From the NCBI RefSeq assembly GCF_018336915.1, contig NZ_CP064923.1, positions 360,001 through 392,000 on the forward strand: a stretch of DNA of 32,000 nucleotides. The letters run 5' to 3'. A program made the translations under genes and the position numbers. A model generated the notes under the pieces. The model was not told the origin of the DNA, ran no database searches, and worked only from the letters and a program-made list of their open reading frames with translations. This document shows, one piece after another, positions 1-7,904 of this stretch; the first letter of the stretch is position 1, and the number at the start of each line of letters is the position of its first letter. The DNA is from Acaryochloris marina S15 (GTDB lineage: Bacteria > Cyanobacteriota > Cyanobacteriia > Thermosynechococcales > Thermosynechococcaceae).

Positions 1-211
1 AGGGACCCGGAGAATCGGTGGGATAGATCAACTCTATATCAGGCATTGATGAATGCTCACCCATCCTCAAATTGACATTCTGCAACTCATCATAAGTTTC
101 AGGACCAATTTGATAATCTAAATCTCTCAAGAAGTGAATGGCTTTTTGAGGCTTACGGACGGCCAGACCAAAATGGTGGAACTCCAAGCCAAATGGGTTA
201 GAACTAATCAT
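1..211 (-). CDS. VOC (glyoxalase/bleomycin-resistance/dioxygenase) superfamily protein, 5' fragment only (continues beyond window start)
   Basis: Not in the ORF track because no stop lies inside the window. The ATG at 211-209 overlaps the stop of the upstream methyltransferase by 8 nt (ATGATTAG), suggesting translational coupling. Translation: MISSNPFGLEFHHFGLAVRKPQKAIHFLRDLDYQIGPETYDELQNVNLRMGEHSSMPDIELIYPTDSPGP. The opening 'EFHHFGLAV' strand is typical of VOC/methylmalonyl-CoA-epimerase-like folds. Only 70 codons are visible. Confidence 0.45.
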   Translation of the reverse strand, partial: MISSNPFGLEFHHFGLAVRKPQKAIHFLRDLDYQIGPETYDELQNVNLRMGEHSSMPDIELIYPTDSPGP

Positions 212-1130
212 CGACTTTGCCAAGGATAAGAGCGATATTAATAGGCAGCTTGTCCTGTTCAGATTGAGCTAAGGTCGTTGATTGGTAAGGAATCAACAAT
301 TGGTGCTTGATATATAAACCACTGGCTTGAACTATGTCTGCAATTTGTTGCGCATGCCCAAATAAATAGATATGGTCAATGGCAGGAGAATTAATACAGG
401 TCGTGACATGGATATGTGAGGTGTTGTGGGTCAACGCAGCAATCTTTTTCAAGAATTTTTGCGGTTGCTCTACATGCTCTAGTACTTCACCCATGACCAC
501 TGCATCATATTGATCATTGGGTTCCCAAGCTAGAAAATCGCATTCTTTGATACTGTAGTTTTCAAACTGACCAAAATAACGGCTAGAAAGAATTTTTTGA
601 GTAAGAAACACACTTGTAGGACTAATATCAACGCCTAAGAACTCTTCATACTGAGAACTTTGCATGGCCTCCATCATGTGAAATCCATGTCCTGGACCAA
701 TTTCCAAATATCGCCCAGACTGTGTTTTTGGCAGCATCTCCTTGAAAAAATGTTTCATTTGAGCATGATTGGACCATAAAAAAGTTGTTATAGCCAAGCC
801 ATACATATACATGCTCATGTACTCTTCATTTCGATACACTAAAGATTCAACTTCAGCATAAGACGAATACTTGTAATGACCATGGCGCTTAAAGTAGAGC
901 TGCTGTGTAAAAGTATCTTTAACAATTAAGTCATAACATTCAGCTAAGTACCCTAATGTTAACTGTTGATCCAGACAATAATTGAGGTATTGAATGAAAA
1001 CCTGAGTGTCGCTTTGTGAAAGAGCTTTCACTGAATCTGCTAAGAAATTGCTTTGGAGTTTGTTAATCCTCAATATTTCTTGAATAAGCTCATCAATCAA
1101 GGGAGCTGATAAACGTTTTGTTGAATGCAT
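204..1130 (-). CDS. class I SAM-dependent methyltransferase (polysaccharide tailoring, substrate unknown)
   Basis: 308-aa ORF with an ATG start at 1130. It has the SAM-binding motif I 'YLEIGPGHGF' and the downstream 'AVVMGEVLEHVEQPQKFL' motif typical of class I methyltransferases. It sits in the same strand and operon context as the sugar-modification genes. Confidence 0.8.
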   Translation of the reverse strand: MHSTKRLSAPLIDELIQEILRINKLQSNFLADSVKALSQSDTQVFIQYLNYCLDQQLTLGYLAECYDLIVKDTFTQQLYFKRHGHYKYSSYAEVESLVYRNEEYMSMYMYGLAITTFLWSNHAQMKHFFKEMLPKTQSGRYLEIGPGHGFHMMEAMQSSQYEEFLGVDISPTSVFLTQKILSSRYFGQFENYSIKECDFLAWEPNDQYDAVVMGEVLEHVEQPQKFLKKIAALTHNTSHIHVTTCINSPAIDHIYLFGHAQQIADIVQASGLYIKHQLLIPYQSTTLAQSEQDKLPINIALILGKVDD

Positions 1131-1242
1131 ATAAAATTCCTTTTTATTGCTTTTATAATGGACAATAGATATTCGAATAACAGAATCTTTGAGTTAATTT
1201 GTCAAAGCTATAAATGCTTCATTAAGATCCATGCACTTTTAT

Positions 1243-2193
1243 TCAGCCTGTCTGGGTTTTTATGGTTTTTCGCAATAGCTTCTTGATCGCTTTTGATATG
1301 TTAAATGTTAATGAACCTGTATCCCAAACGGTGATTTCTTTAGCTGTATAGATATTAACTGCAGCATCGAAGAAATCTTGCATTTTAAATGTGAATAACT
1401 TGATTCCTGATTGAGTAAATGCTTGTGAGTTGGAGATGTCTAGTAAGCTGAAATAATAGATAGGGTCATAACCTCCTTTGGGGAAAGTTGCAGGGTTTCG
1501 CATATATGTACTGACTAACTGCTCACACCCATCAGATAACTTCACTGTGAATTCCTCTGGATCTTCGTAATAGATTTTATGCTTAAACTTATCTTTGAAG
1601 TGGTCTTCAATCATATGACATGGCGTAAATGCTTCAAATCCAACGCCAATTCCTAAATATTTTGCTCCATCCCCCATGATCTGATAGTAAGGAGACAGAG
1701 GACCAAAGGGGTAAGGAGATTGATGGTGATTGCCAGAGAATAGCTGAGCTTTCTGGCCATATGAAATAGTACTAAATATAGGATTTAGACTGCGCACGGA
1801 GCCTTTTTTTCTTCGAAGTATTTCAGCCATCATGCCGGACTCAGTAGCTGTTTTTTTAATATTAAAAACTTTAGTTTTTTCTGATATTTGATCGCGATCA
1901 ATAGGAAAGCATAGCGTCATTAATGTGCTGTCTTCTCCTAGATAAGTTATGAGATCTTTAAGTAGAGATTTAATAGGAACTAACTTGCCAGTCTTTAGAT
2001 AGATTTGGTCTTGAGAGTACATCAAGAATAGAGAATCTCCAGGATTAATACCAATCCTCTCTAAACTTTTTAAAAAATCACCCGAGTTATAGTTAGTATA
2101 TTTCTTAGCTAAAAAAGGACGAAGAAATCTCAGGCGGAATTTTGCGATCGATTGCTTAGAAAATCTTCGGGCTAATGCTTGTATATAGCTCAT
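1243..2193 (-). CDS. AAC(3)-family (aminoglycoside 3-N-acetyltransferase fold, YokD-like) N-acyltransferase
   Basis: The track ORF 1243..2196 begins at GTG; the adjacent ATG at 2193 is the more likely start. By-eye matches to AAC(3)/YokD proteins: 'GINPGDSLFLMYS' (cf. GxxxGDxLxVHSS); 'GMMAEILRRKKGSVRSLNPIFSTISYGQKA' (cf. GxxxExFRxxPGxxRSxHPxxSxAAxG); 'PFGPLSPYYQIMGDGAKYLGIGVGFEAFTPCHMIED' (cf. PxGxxSPxxxLxxxxxxxLxLGVxxxxNTxxHxxE). Confidence 0.7.
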   Translation of the reverse strand: MSYIQALARRFSKQSIAKFRLRFLRPFLAKKYTNYNSGDFLKSLERIGINPGDSLFLMYSQDQIYLKTGKLVPIKSLLKDLITYLGEDSTLMTLCFPIDRDQISEKTKVFNIKKTATESGMMAEILRRKKGSVRSLNPIFSTISYGQKAQLFSGNHHQSPYPFGPLSPYYQIMGDGAKYLGIGVGFEAFTPCHMIEDHFKDKFKHKIYYEDPEEFTVKLSDGCEQLVSTYMRNPATFPKGGYDPIYYFSLLDISNSQAFTQSGIKLFTFKMQDFFDAAVNIYTAKEITVWDTGSLTFNISKAIKKLLRKTIKTQTG

Positions 2194-2216
2194 CACACTA
2201 CCCTGTTTTACCTACA

Positions 2217-3509
2217 TTAACCTGCATCCAGAGTCTTGTGATTTGCACAGCTAAAGGAATAGCTCATGATGCCACTGACCAAATATAAAATACAAAACGC
2301 TATAGAAAATAGTAAAACTGATGACTCATCACTCTTAAAAATGGTATATCCTATCCAGATTGAGCCAATAGAAAGAATAAATCTGACGACCTGCCATAGC
2401 AGATCCAATTCTTGCTTCTCTGCAATAATAAACATTGAACAAAGAGGGATAGTAATAAATTGGCAAAAAAGCATTGGTGATAGCAGACGAGCATAAATAC
2501 CAGCTTGAACCCACGCTTTGCCAAAAAATAAGGTAAACAAGTAAGGACTAGCAATTAGAAAAACAGCAAAAGGGATAACAGCGATTAGAAGAAGGTACTT
2601 AAATGTCTTTAAAAAAAGTTGACTGCACTCGCCTTCATTGATGTATTGCTTAGAGGCTGCCTCGCGAAAAACATCACTAATCGCATTGCCAATTAATGAC
2701 ATTGGTAGAGCAATTACGCGAAATGTTAGTGAGTAAAAACCAGAGAATGCAGGGCCATACAAACTTTGAAATAGCATGATTGGCATATTCCCAGATATTG
2801 CATTCATCATATGCCCTAATAATAAGAATTTTGGGAATTTAATATGCCGCCGAGCTTGTTGCTTGATGCGATCAAGGTTGATATCAACTCCCTCTGAATG
2901 CTTATGCAAGAAGGTGAGCATTTGATAGACAGCATATACAACCCCTATAAGCTGTCCAAATACATAGCCCATCACTAAACCAAAATCGGACACTTGATAT
3001 AAAGCGAGTTGAGTCGTGACTACAGATAGAGATAATGCCACCTTGTTGAAGGTGATAGTTTTATATAATTTGACGCGATTAAACCAATAGTATGTCGATT
3101 GATAAGCAGCTAGTAAAAATATTGAAATTGGTAATAGGCGTAAGTAAACACTTAAGTTTTTTAGGGTAATAATGCTTGAGATTGGAGCGCTGAACCAATA
3201 AAAAAATATCCAAAGTAATGAGCAAAAAATGGCAGAAAGACTAATGCATAGTACAACAATATTTAGAGCGTCGTTATCATCTTCAGGTAAGATGATGGAC
3301 TGCTCATAACGCCCAGTCGCAGGGATGGCCATGATAATTGAGAGAGACATGAAGAGGGCCAGCCCACCAAATGTCTCTGGAGAATAAACTCGGGTCAGAA
3401 CTGGAGACAAAATCACTGGAATGGCTTGTGCTAAAGCAGTCCCTGTCATTAATGTGAAAACATTACGCAGGAAGGGTATGTTCGTGAGTTTCTGACTACG
3501 CTTCAGCAA
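2217..3509 (-). CDS. Wzx-type oligosaccharide/polysaccharide flippase (MOP superfamily 'polysaccharide biosynthesis protein')
   Basis: 430-aa, highly hydrophobic multi-TM protein. The N-terminal 'LMTGTALAQAIPVILSPVLTRVYSPETFG' is typical of Wzx/RfbX flippases. The track start is TTG at 3509 and the first ATG is 20 codons in, so the start is uncertain. The gene sits between sugar-nucleotide and tailoring genes. Confidence 0.75.
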   Translation of the reverse strand: MLKRSQKLTNIPFLRNVFTLMTGTALAQAIPVILSPVLTRVYSPETFGGLALFMSLSIIMAIPATGRYEQSIILPEDDNDALNIVVLCISLSAIFCSLLWIFFYWFSAPISSIITLKNLSVYLRLLPISIFLLAAYQSTYYWFNRVKLYKTITFNKVALSLSVVTTQLALYQVSDFGLVMGYVFGQLIGVVYAVYQMLTFLHKHSEGVDINLDRIKQQARRHIKFPKFLLLGHMMNAISGNMPIMLFQSLYGPAFSGFYSLTFRVIALPMSLIGNAISDVFREAASKQYINEGECSQLFLKTFKYLLLIAVIPFAVFLIASPYLFTLFFGKAWVQAGIYARLLSPMLFCQFITIPLCSMFIIAEKQELDLLWQVVRFILSIGSIWIGYTIFKSDESSVLLFSIAFCILYLVSGIMSYSFSCANHKTLDAG

Positions 3510-3533
3510 AATTCTCGCCTGGTTCTGGATTGC

Positions 3534-4688
3534 CTACCCTAAATAAAAGTTTTGGATAGTTTTGATAATTAAGCTTTGAGTGTCAGGTTGTAGCTCTGGC
3601 CAAATGGGTAAACTTAGGACTTCTTGCGTATATTGACTACTCACTTCAAACACATCGTACTGGCCTAGATAAACAGGTAGCTGATCTTGAGGTACGGGGT
3701 AATATACCATCGACCCAATCTCATGGTCAGCTAAATACTGCTTGAGTGCATCACGCTTTTGATCTAAGACACGAATCGTATACTGATGGAAAACATGACC
3801 TTCAACAATCTGTGGTGTAATAATTCCAGGTAAATTCGCTAAGCCATCATTGTAAGTTTGAGCAACTTGACGACGCCCTTGATTCCAGTTGTCTATATGG
3901 GGCAATTTAACCCGTAGAATGGCAGCCTGAATAGAATCAAGGCGAGAGTTATATCCCAAGACCTCATTGTGGTACTTCTTCAATGCACCATGGACTCGTA
4001 GCATCCTAGCTTTTTCAGCAATGGCATCATCATTAGTGGTAATGAGACCTCCGTCACCATAAGCTCCTAAATTTTTGGATGGGAAAAATGAATATGCCCC
4101 AACATCCCCAATTGTTCCTACTGCTTTATCGCGAAGGTGGTCAACCTTCGTTGGGACACCTGATGGCTCATTCCTAACTTCACTTCCCCAATAGTGGGCT
4201 CCAAATGCCTGTGCACAATCCTCTATTACTTTCAGCTGATATTTCTTGGCAACTTCCATAATGGTTGCCATAGCTGCTGGATGGCCGTACAGATGCACTG
4301 GCAAAATTGCCCTAGTCTTTGGGGTTACTTTAGCTTCGATTTGATGAGCATTCAAATTAAAAGTGTGGGGATCAATATCAACGAAGATGGGTTTGGCGCC
4401 CACATTGCTAATTGATTCGGCGGTGGCAAAAAACGAAAAAGGGGTAGTGATAACTTCATCTTCTACTCCTATGCCAGAAGCTTTGAGACCAATGACTAAA
4501 GCATCAGTTCCCGAGTTGACACCGATTGCATGTTTGACACCAAGGTAAGTGGCAACTTCTTGTTCGAATTGTTTGACCTCCGGCCCCATAATGAAAGCGC
4601 CTGATTCCAGGACCCGATCAAGGGCAGTATGGATATCAGCTTTGATGCTGGCATATTGGGGTTTAAGATCAAGAATAGGAATTTTCAT
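3534..4688 (-). CDS. DegT/DnrJ/EryC1/StrS-family PLP aminotransferase (WbpE/WlbC-like; UDP-2-acetamido-2-deoxy-3-oxo-glucuronate aminotransferase by context)
   Basis: 384 aa with an ATG start. 'MKIPILDLKPQY' opening, 'GVNSGTDAL' and 'SFFPSKNLGAYGDGG' (PLP-lysine region) are hallmarks of the DegT family. The specific WbpE role is inferred from adjacency to the WbpA/B/D-like genes. Confidence 0.88.
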   Translation of the reverse strand: MKIPILDLKPQYASIKADIHTALDRVLESGAFIMGPEVKQFEQEVATYLGVKHAIGVNSGTDALVIGLKASGIGVEDEVITTPFSFFATAESISNVGAKPIFVDIDPHTFNLNAHQIEAKVTPKTRAILPVHLYGHPAAMATIMEVAKKYQLKVIEDCAQAFGAHYWGSEVRNEPSGVPTKVDHLRDKAVGTIGDVGAYSFFPSKNLGAYGDGGLITTNDDAIAEKARMLRVHGALKKYHNEVLGYNSRLDSIQAAILRVKLPHIDNWNQGRRQVAQTYNDGLANLPGIITPQIVEGHVFHQYTIRVLDQKRDALKQYLADHEIGSMVYYPVPQDQLPVYLGQYDVFEVSSQYTQEVLSLPIWPELQPDTQSLIIKTIQNFYLG

Positions 4689-4697
4689 ACCTGGGCA

Positions 4698-5297
4698 CTA
4701 GAGTTTGCGGACTTCTATTTCAGAGACTTTTTGATATCGGGTACCTGCTGAGTCTACAGCATAGCCATTGTTGTCGAATTCTAAAACATCTCCATAGGCA
4801 CTCATCCAACCGATAAGGCGAGCTGGAATGCCAGCAACCATGCCGTAGGCAGGAATATCTTTGGTTACCACTGCTCCAGCGGCAACGAACGCCCCTTCGT
4901 GTAAGGTCACACCACAGACAATAGTGGCATTGGCACCAATACTGACTCCTCGTTTAACTAACGTTTTGTGGTAGTCAGCACTGGTATTACGAGGAAACTC
5001 ACAACGGGGTGTTTTAACGTTGGTAAACACCATGCTGGGCCCACAAAACACATAGTCTTCTAAGATGACACCTTCATATAGAGAGACATTGTTCTGAATT
5101 TTGCATTGATCACCGACGATGACATGGTTTGCTACCGTCACATTTTGACCTAATACACAGTTTCGGCCAATTTTGGTTTTGCCATAGACATGACAAAAGT
5201 GCCAAATTTTAGTGTTGGTACCAATCTGTGCACCTTCATCGATATAGGAAGATTCATGAGCGAAAAAGTCACGTTTCTCCAGAGTTGGCTCAGCCAC
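4698..5297 (-). CDS. hexapeptide-repeat N-acetyltransferase (WbpD/WlbB-like; UDP-2-acetamido-3-amino-2,3-dideoxy-glucuronate N-acetyltransferase)
   Basis: 199 aa left-handed beta-helix protein. 'IWHFCHV..GQNV..KIQNNVSLYEGVILEDYVFCGPSMVFTNVKTPR..GANATIVCGVT..GAVVTKDIPAYGMVAGIPARLIGWMS' closely follows the WlbB/WbpD pattern. The GTG start at 5297 is preceded by GGAGG with a 6-nt spacer and overlaps the upstream stop by 8 nt (GTGGCTGA). Confidence 0.85.
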   Translation of the reverse strand: MAEPTLEKRDFFAHESSYIDEGAQIGTNTKIWHFCHVYGKTKIGRNCVLGQNVTVANHVIVGDQCKIQNNVSLYEGVILEDYVFCGPSMVFTNVKTPRCEFPRNTSADYHKTLVKRGVSIGANATIVCGVTLHEGAFVAAGAVVTKDIPAYGMVAGIPARLIGWMSAYGDVLEFDNNGYAVDSAGTRYQKVSEIEVRKL

Positions 5298-6234
5298 GCA
5301 TTGCCTCCTGAGCCTTTTCTAAAATCTCTACTACTGCAACACCATTCCAACCATTTGATCTCGGTTGCTGGCGTGTGTCCAGACAGTCAAGAAAATGCTC
5401 GCATTCTAACTTGAGAGGCTGAGTTGTGGCGACATCGGCGATCCAAGATCCTGTATCTACGTTTTGAAGATTTGAGCCAATAGATTTTTCGTAAACGGTG
5501 ACTTGCTGTGTAACTTCGTCATAGACCAGCATTTGTCGTTCGGCGAGGATGGTGGTGCATCGCTGTAATAACGGATGATACCAAGAGGCATGAATATGAG
5601 CAGTTTGGCCATTCTCAAAGACCAAATCGACATGAACATTATCCTCAACATGGGATTGCACCATAGCATGACCACTCGCTTGTATGGATTGGAGTTTAGG
5701 ATTACCCAGTAAATCCAGCACAACAGAGACGTCATGGGGAGCAAAGGACCACCAAACGTTCTCTTCAGAGCGGGCTCTGCCCAGTTTGGCCCGTTGAGCC
5801 ATGACATGGAGTACTTTACCTGCTTTACCGCTGGATATATAGTCTCGCATCCATGCGATCGCAGGTTGATACAGCAATAAATGTCCCACCATTAAAATGC
5901 GATCATGTTGATCGGCATATTTAGCCAACTCAATCGCATCTTGCGTATTCAGGGTCATTGGTTTTTCGATAAATACATCTTTACCGGCAGCTAAAGCCGC
6001 TTTTGCCAACGAATAATGGGTAGGGGCTGGTGTTGCAAACACAATGGCTGAAATATCAGTATCTAAAACGTCGCGATAGTCAGTATATACCTGAAGATCC
6101 GGATAGCTATCTGCTATCGCCTGACGCAAATCTGAACTCATCTCAGCCACTCCGGCTAAGGCATTGAGCTCATGAAAATTCTTCACTAGGTTCTTACCCC
6201 AGTTTCCTGCACCGACGACAACAACTTTGTTCAT
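5290..6234 (-). CDS. Gfo/Idh/MocA-family NAD-dependent oxidoreductase (WbpB/WlbA-like; UDP-GlcNAcA 3-dehydrogenase by context)
   Basis: 314 aa with an ATG start. It has the N-terminal Rossmann motif 'VVVVGAGNWGKN' and the 'VFIEKPM' motif characteristic of the Gfo/Idh/MocA family. The specific role is inferred from the flanking aminotransferase, acetyltransferase and dehydrogenase genes. Confidence 0.8.
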   Translation of the reverse strand: MNKVVVVGAGNWGKNLVKNFHELNALAGVAEMSSDLRQAIADSYPDLQVYTDYRDVLDTDISAIVFATPAPTHYSLAKAALAAGKDVFIEKPMTLNTQDAIELAKYADQHDRILMVGHLLLYQPAIAWMRDYISSGKAGKVLHVMAQRAKLGRARSEENVWWSFAPHDVSVVLDLLGNPKLQSIQASGHAMVQSHVEDNVHVDLVFENGQTAHIHASWYHPLLQRCTTILAERQMLVYDEVTQQVTVYEKSIGSNLQNVDTGSWIADVATTQPLKLECEHFLDCLDTRQQPRSNGWNGVAVVEILEKAQEAMRG

Positions 6235-6261
6235 AGAGAGACTAACGAATTCTAAATGGAT

Positions 6262-7596
6262 CTAGAGCAGTGTGATTTTAGACTGATATGAAGCAGATTG
6301 TGCGTCCGGTAATTTGCGGGTAATTCCACGAGTATCTAGTATTGCCGTTGATTGATCTACTAACTGAGCATAGTCAACAGCTGAATGGTCTGTAGCAATA
6401 ATCACTAGATCATACTGACTCAAGGTTGTGTTTTCTAGATCAATAGATTGCATCTGATGCCCTTCAATAGTGATCACTGGCACAAAGGGATCATGATAAT
6501 CCAAGTTCACGTGATCCCGTAGAAGGAGTTTAACGATGTCAATAGAAGGAGATTCACGCCAATCTCCTAAGTCTTTTTTATATGAAACCCCCATAATTAG
6601 CACCTTCGCTTTTGATGGGGCTATTCCTATATGATTCAAGGTGCGTAGGGTTTTTTCTCTGACAAATTCGGGCATCCGCCGATTGATTTCTCCGGCTAAA
6701 GCAATGAAGTGAGTTTCAAAATTAAACTCCTTAGCCTTCCACTCAAGATAATGTGGATCAATGGGAATACAGTGCCCACCAACGCCTGGCCCGGGATAGA
6801 AGGGCATAATTCCAAAAGGCTTGGTGTTAGCGGCATCCAGTACTTCCCAAACATTTAGATCCATGCGATCACATAGCATAGCCAATTCATTGACTAGGGC
6901 AATATTGACCGCCCTAAAGGTATTCTCAAAAACTTTGACTAGCTCAGCAGCTTTCGCACTACTAACGGGAACTACGTGATCAATGGTTTGCTGATAAAAA
7001 AGGGTGGCGATTTCTAGAGAAACAGGGTCAGATGCACCAACAACCTTATTGGTATTCTTAGTGGTATAACGTTGGTTGCCTGGATCAACACGTTCAGGCG
7101 AGTGGCCTAAGAAAAAATCTTGACCCTGCTTTAAACCGCTAGCCTCCAATACAGGTTTAATAACTTCATCTGTCGTTCCAGGGTAAGTCGTTGATTCTAG
7201 GGTAATTAATTGACCTGAGCGCAACTCTGGCGCTATTCCCTGGGTCACACTCTCGATATAGGAGAGGTTTGGAGTCATATTTTTTGACAACGGTGTTGGC
7301 ACACAAATTACTAATACATCCATGTGTGAAACCTTATCAAAGCCACAGATGGCCTTGAGCTTACCGCTGGCAACTACTGCTGCTAACTCATCAGAATCAA
7401 CATCATTAATGTAATTCTTAGCTGCATTCACAGCATCGGCACGATCAGGATTCTGTTCTATCCCAATCACATGAAATCCTACTTTGGCCTTTTCGACAGC
7501 AAATGGTAACCCTACATACCCCAGACCTATTACTCCAACAACTGCTGTACGGTCAAGAATTTTTGTTTTTAAGTGATTAAATAAATTATCAGACAC
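6262..7596 (-). CDS. nucleotide-sugar 6-dehydrogenase (UDP-glucose/GDP-mannose dehydrogenase family; WbpA-like UDP-GlcNAc 6-dehydrogenase by context)
   Basis: 444 aa. It has the Rossmann motif 'VGVIGLGYVGLPFA' and the catalytic-Cys region 'GPGVGGHCIPIDP'. The start is GTG at 7596, with no in-frame ATG upstream of the Rossmann motif. WbpA versus WecC/TviB specificity cannot be decided from sequence alone. Confidence 0.88.
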   Translation of the reverse strand: MSDNLFNHLKTKILDRTAVVGVIGLGYVGLPFAVEKAKVGFHVIGIEQNPDRADAVNAAKNYINDVDSDELAAVVASGKLKAICGFDKVSHMDVLVICVPTPLSKNMTPNLSYIESVTQGIAPELRSGQLITLESTTYPGTTDEVIKPVLEASGLKQGQDFFLGHSPERVDPGNQRYTTKNTNKVVGASDPVSLEIATLFYQQTIDHVVPVSSAKAAELVKVFENTFRAVNIALVNELAMLCDRMDLNVWEVLDAANTKPFGIMPFYPGPGVGGHCIPIDPHYLEWKAKEFNFETHFIALAGEINRRMPEFVREKTLRTLNHIGIAPSKAKVLIMGVSYKKDLGDWRESPSIDIVKLLLRDHVNLDYHDPFVPVITIEGHQMQSIDLENTTLSQYDLVIIATDHSAVDYAQLVDQSTAILDTRGITRKLPDAQSASYQSKITLL

Positions 7597-7904
7597 GATG
7601 GGGAAATGACTCTAGAAGGAACTCATTGTAAAATTCTAGGCAGATGCTCATTCAAGTGTTTATATCACATAACGATATTGATACATTCTCTGTGGTAAGT
7701 CCTCTAGACATCACATTAGTGAGGTTTTAGCTTACTTGATAGCTAAGAACCACATGATTTCAAAGAGCTCAAAGTAGAGGGCATGGTCTACAACGTTTTC
7801 ATATCGTGATGAACGCCTAATGACCTTATAAGTTCCCTGTGGCTTATGGACCCTGAACCATTAATTACTTTCCAGTTGATCCGTCGACATCTACAGAAAT
7901 AATA

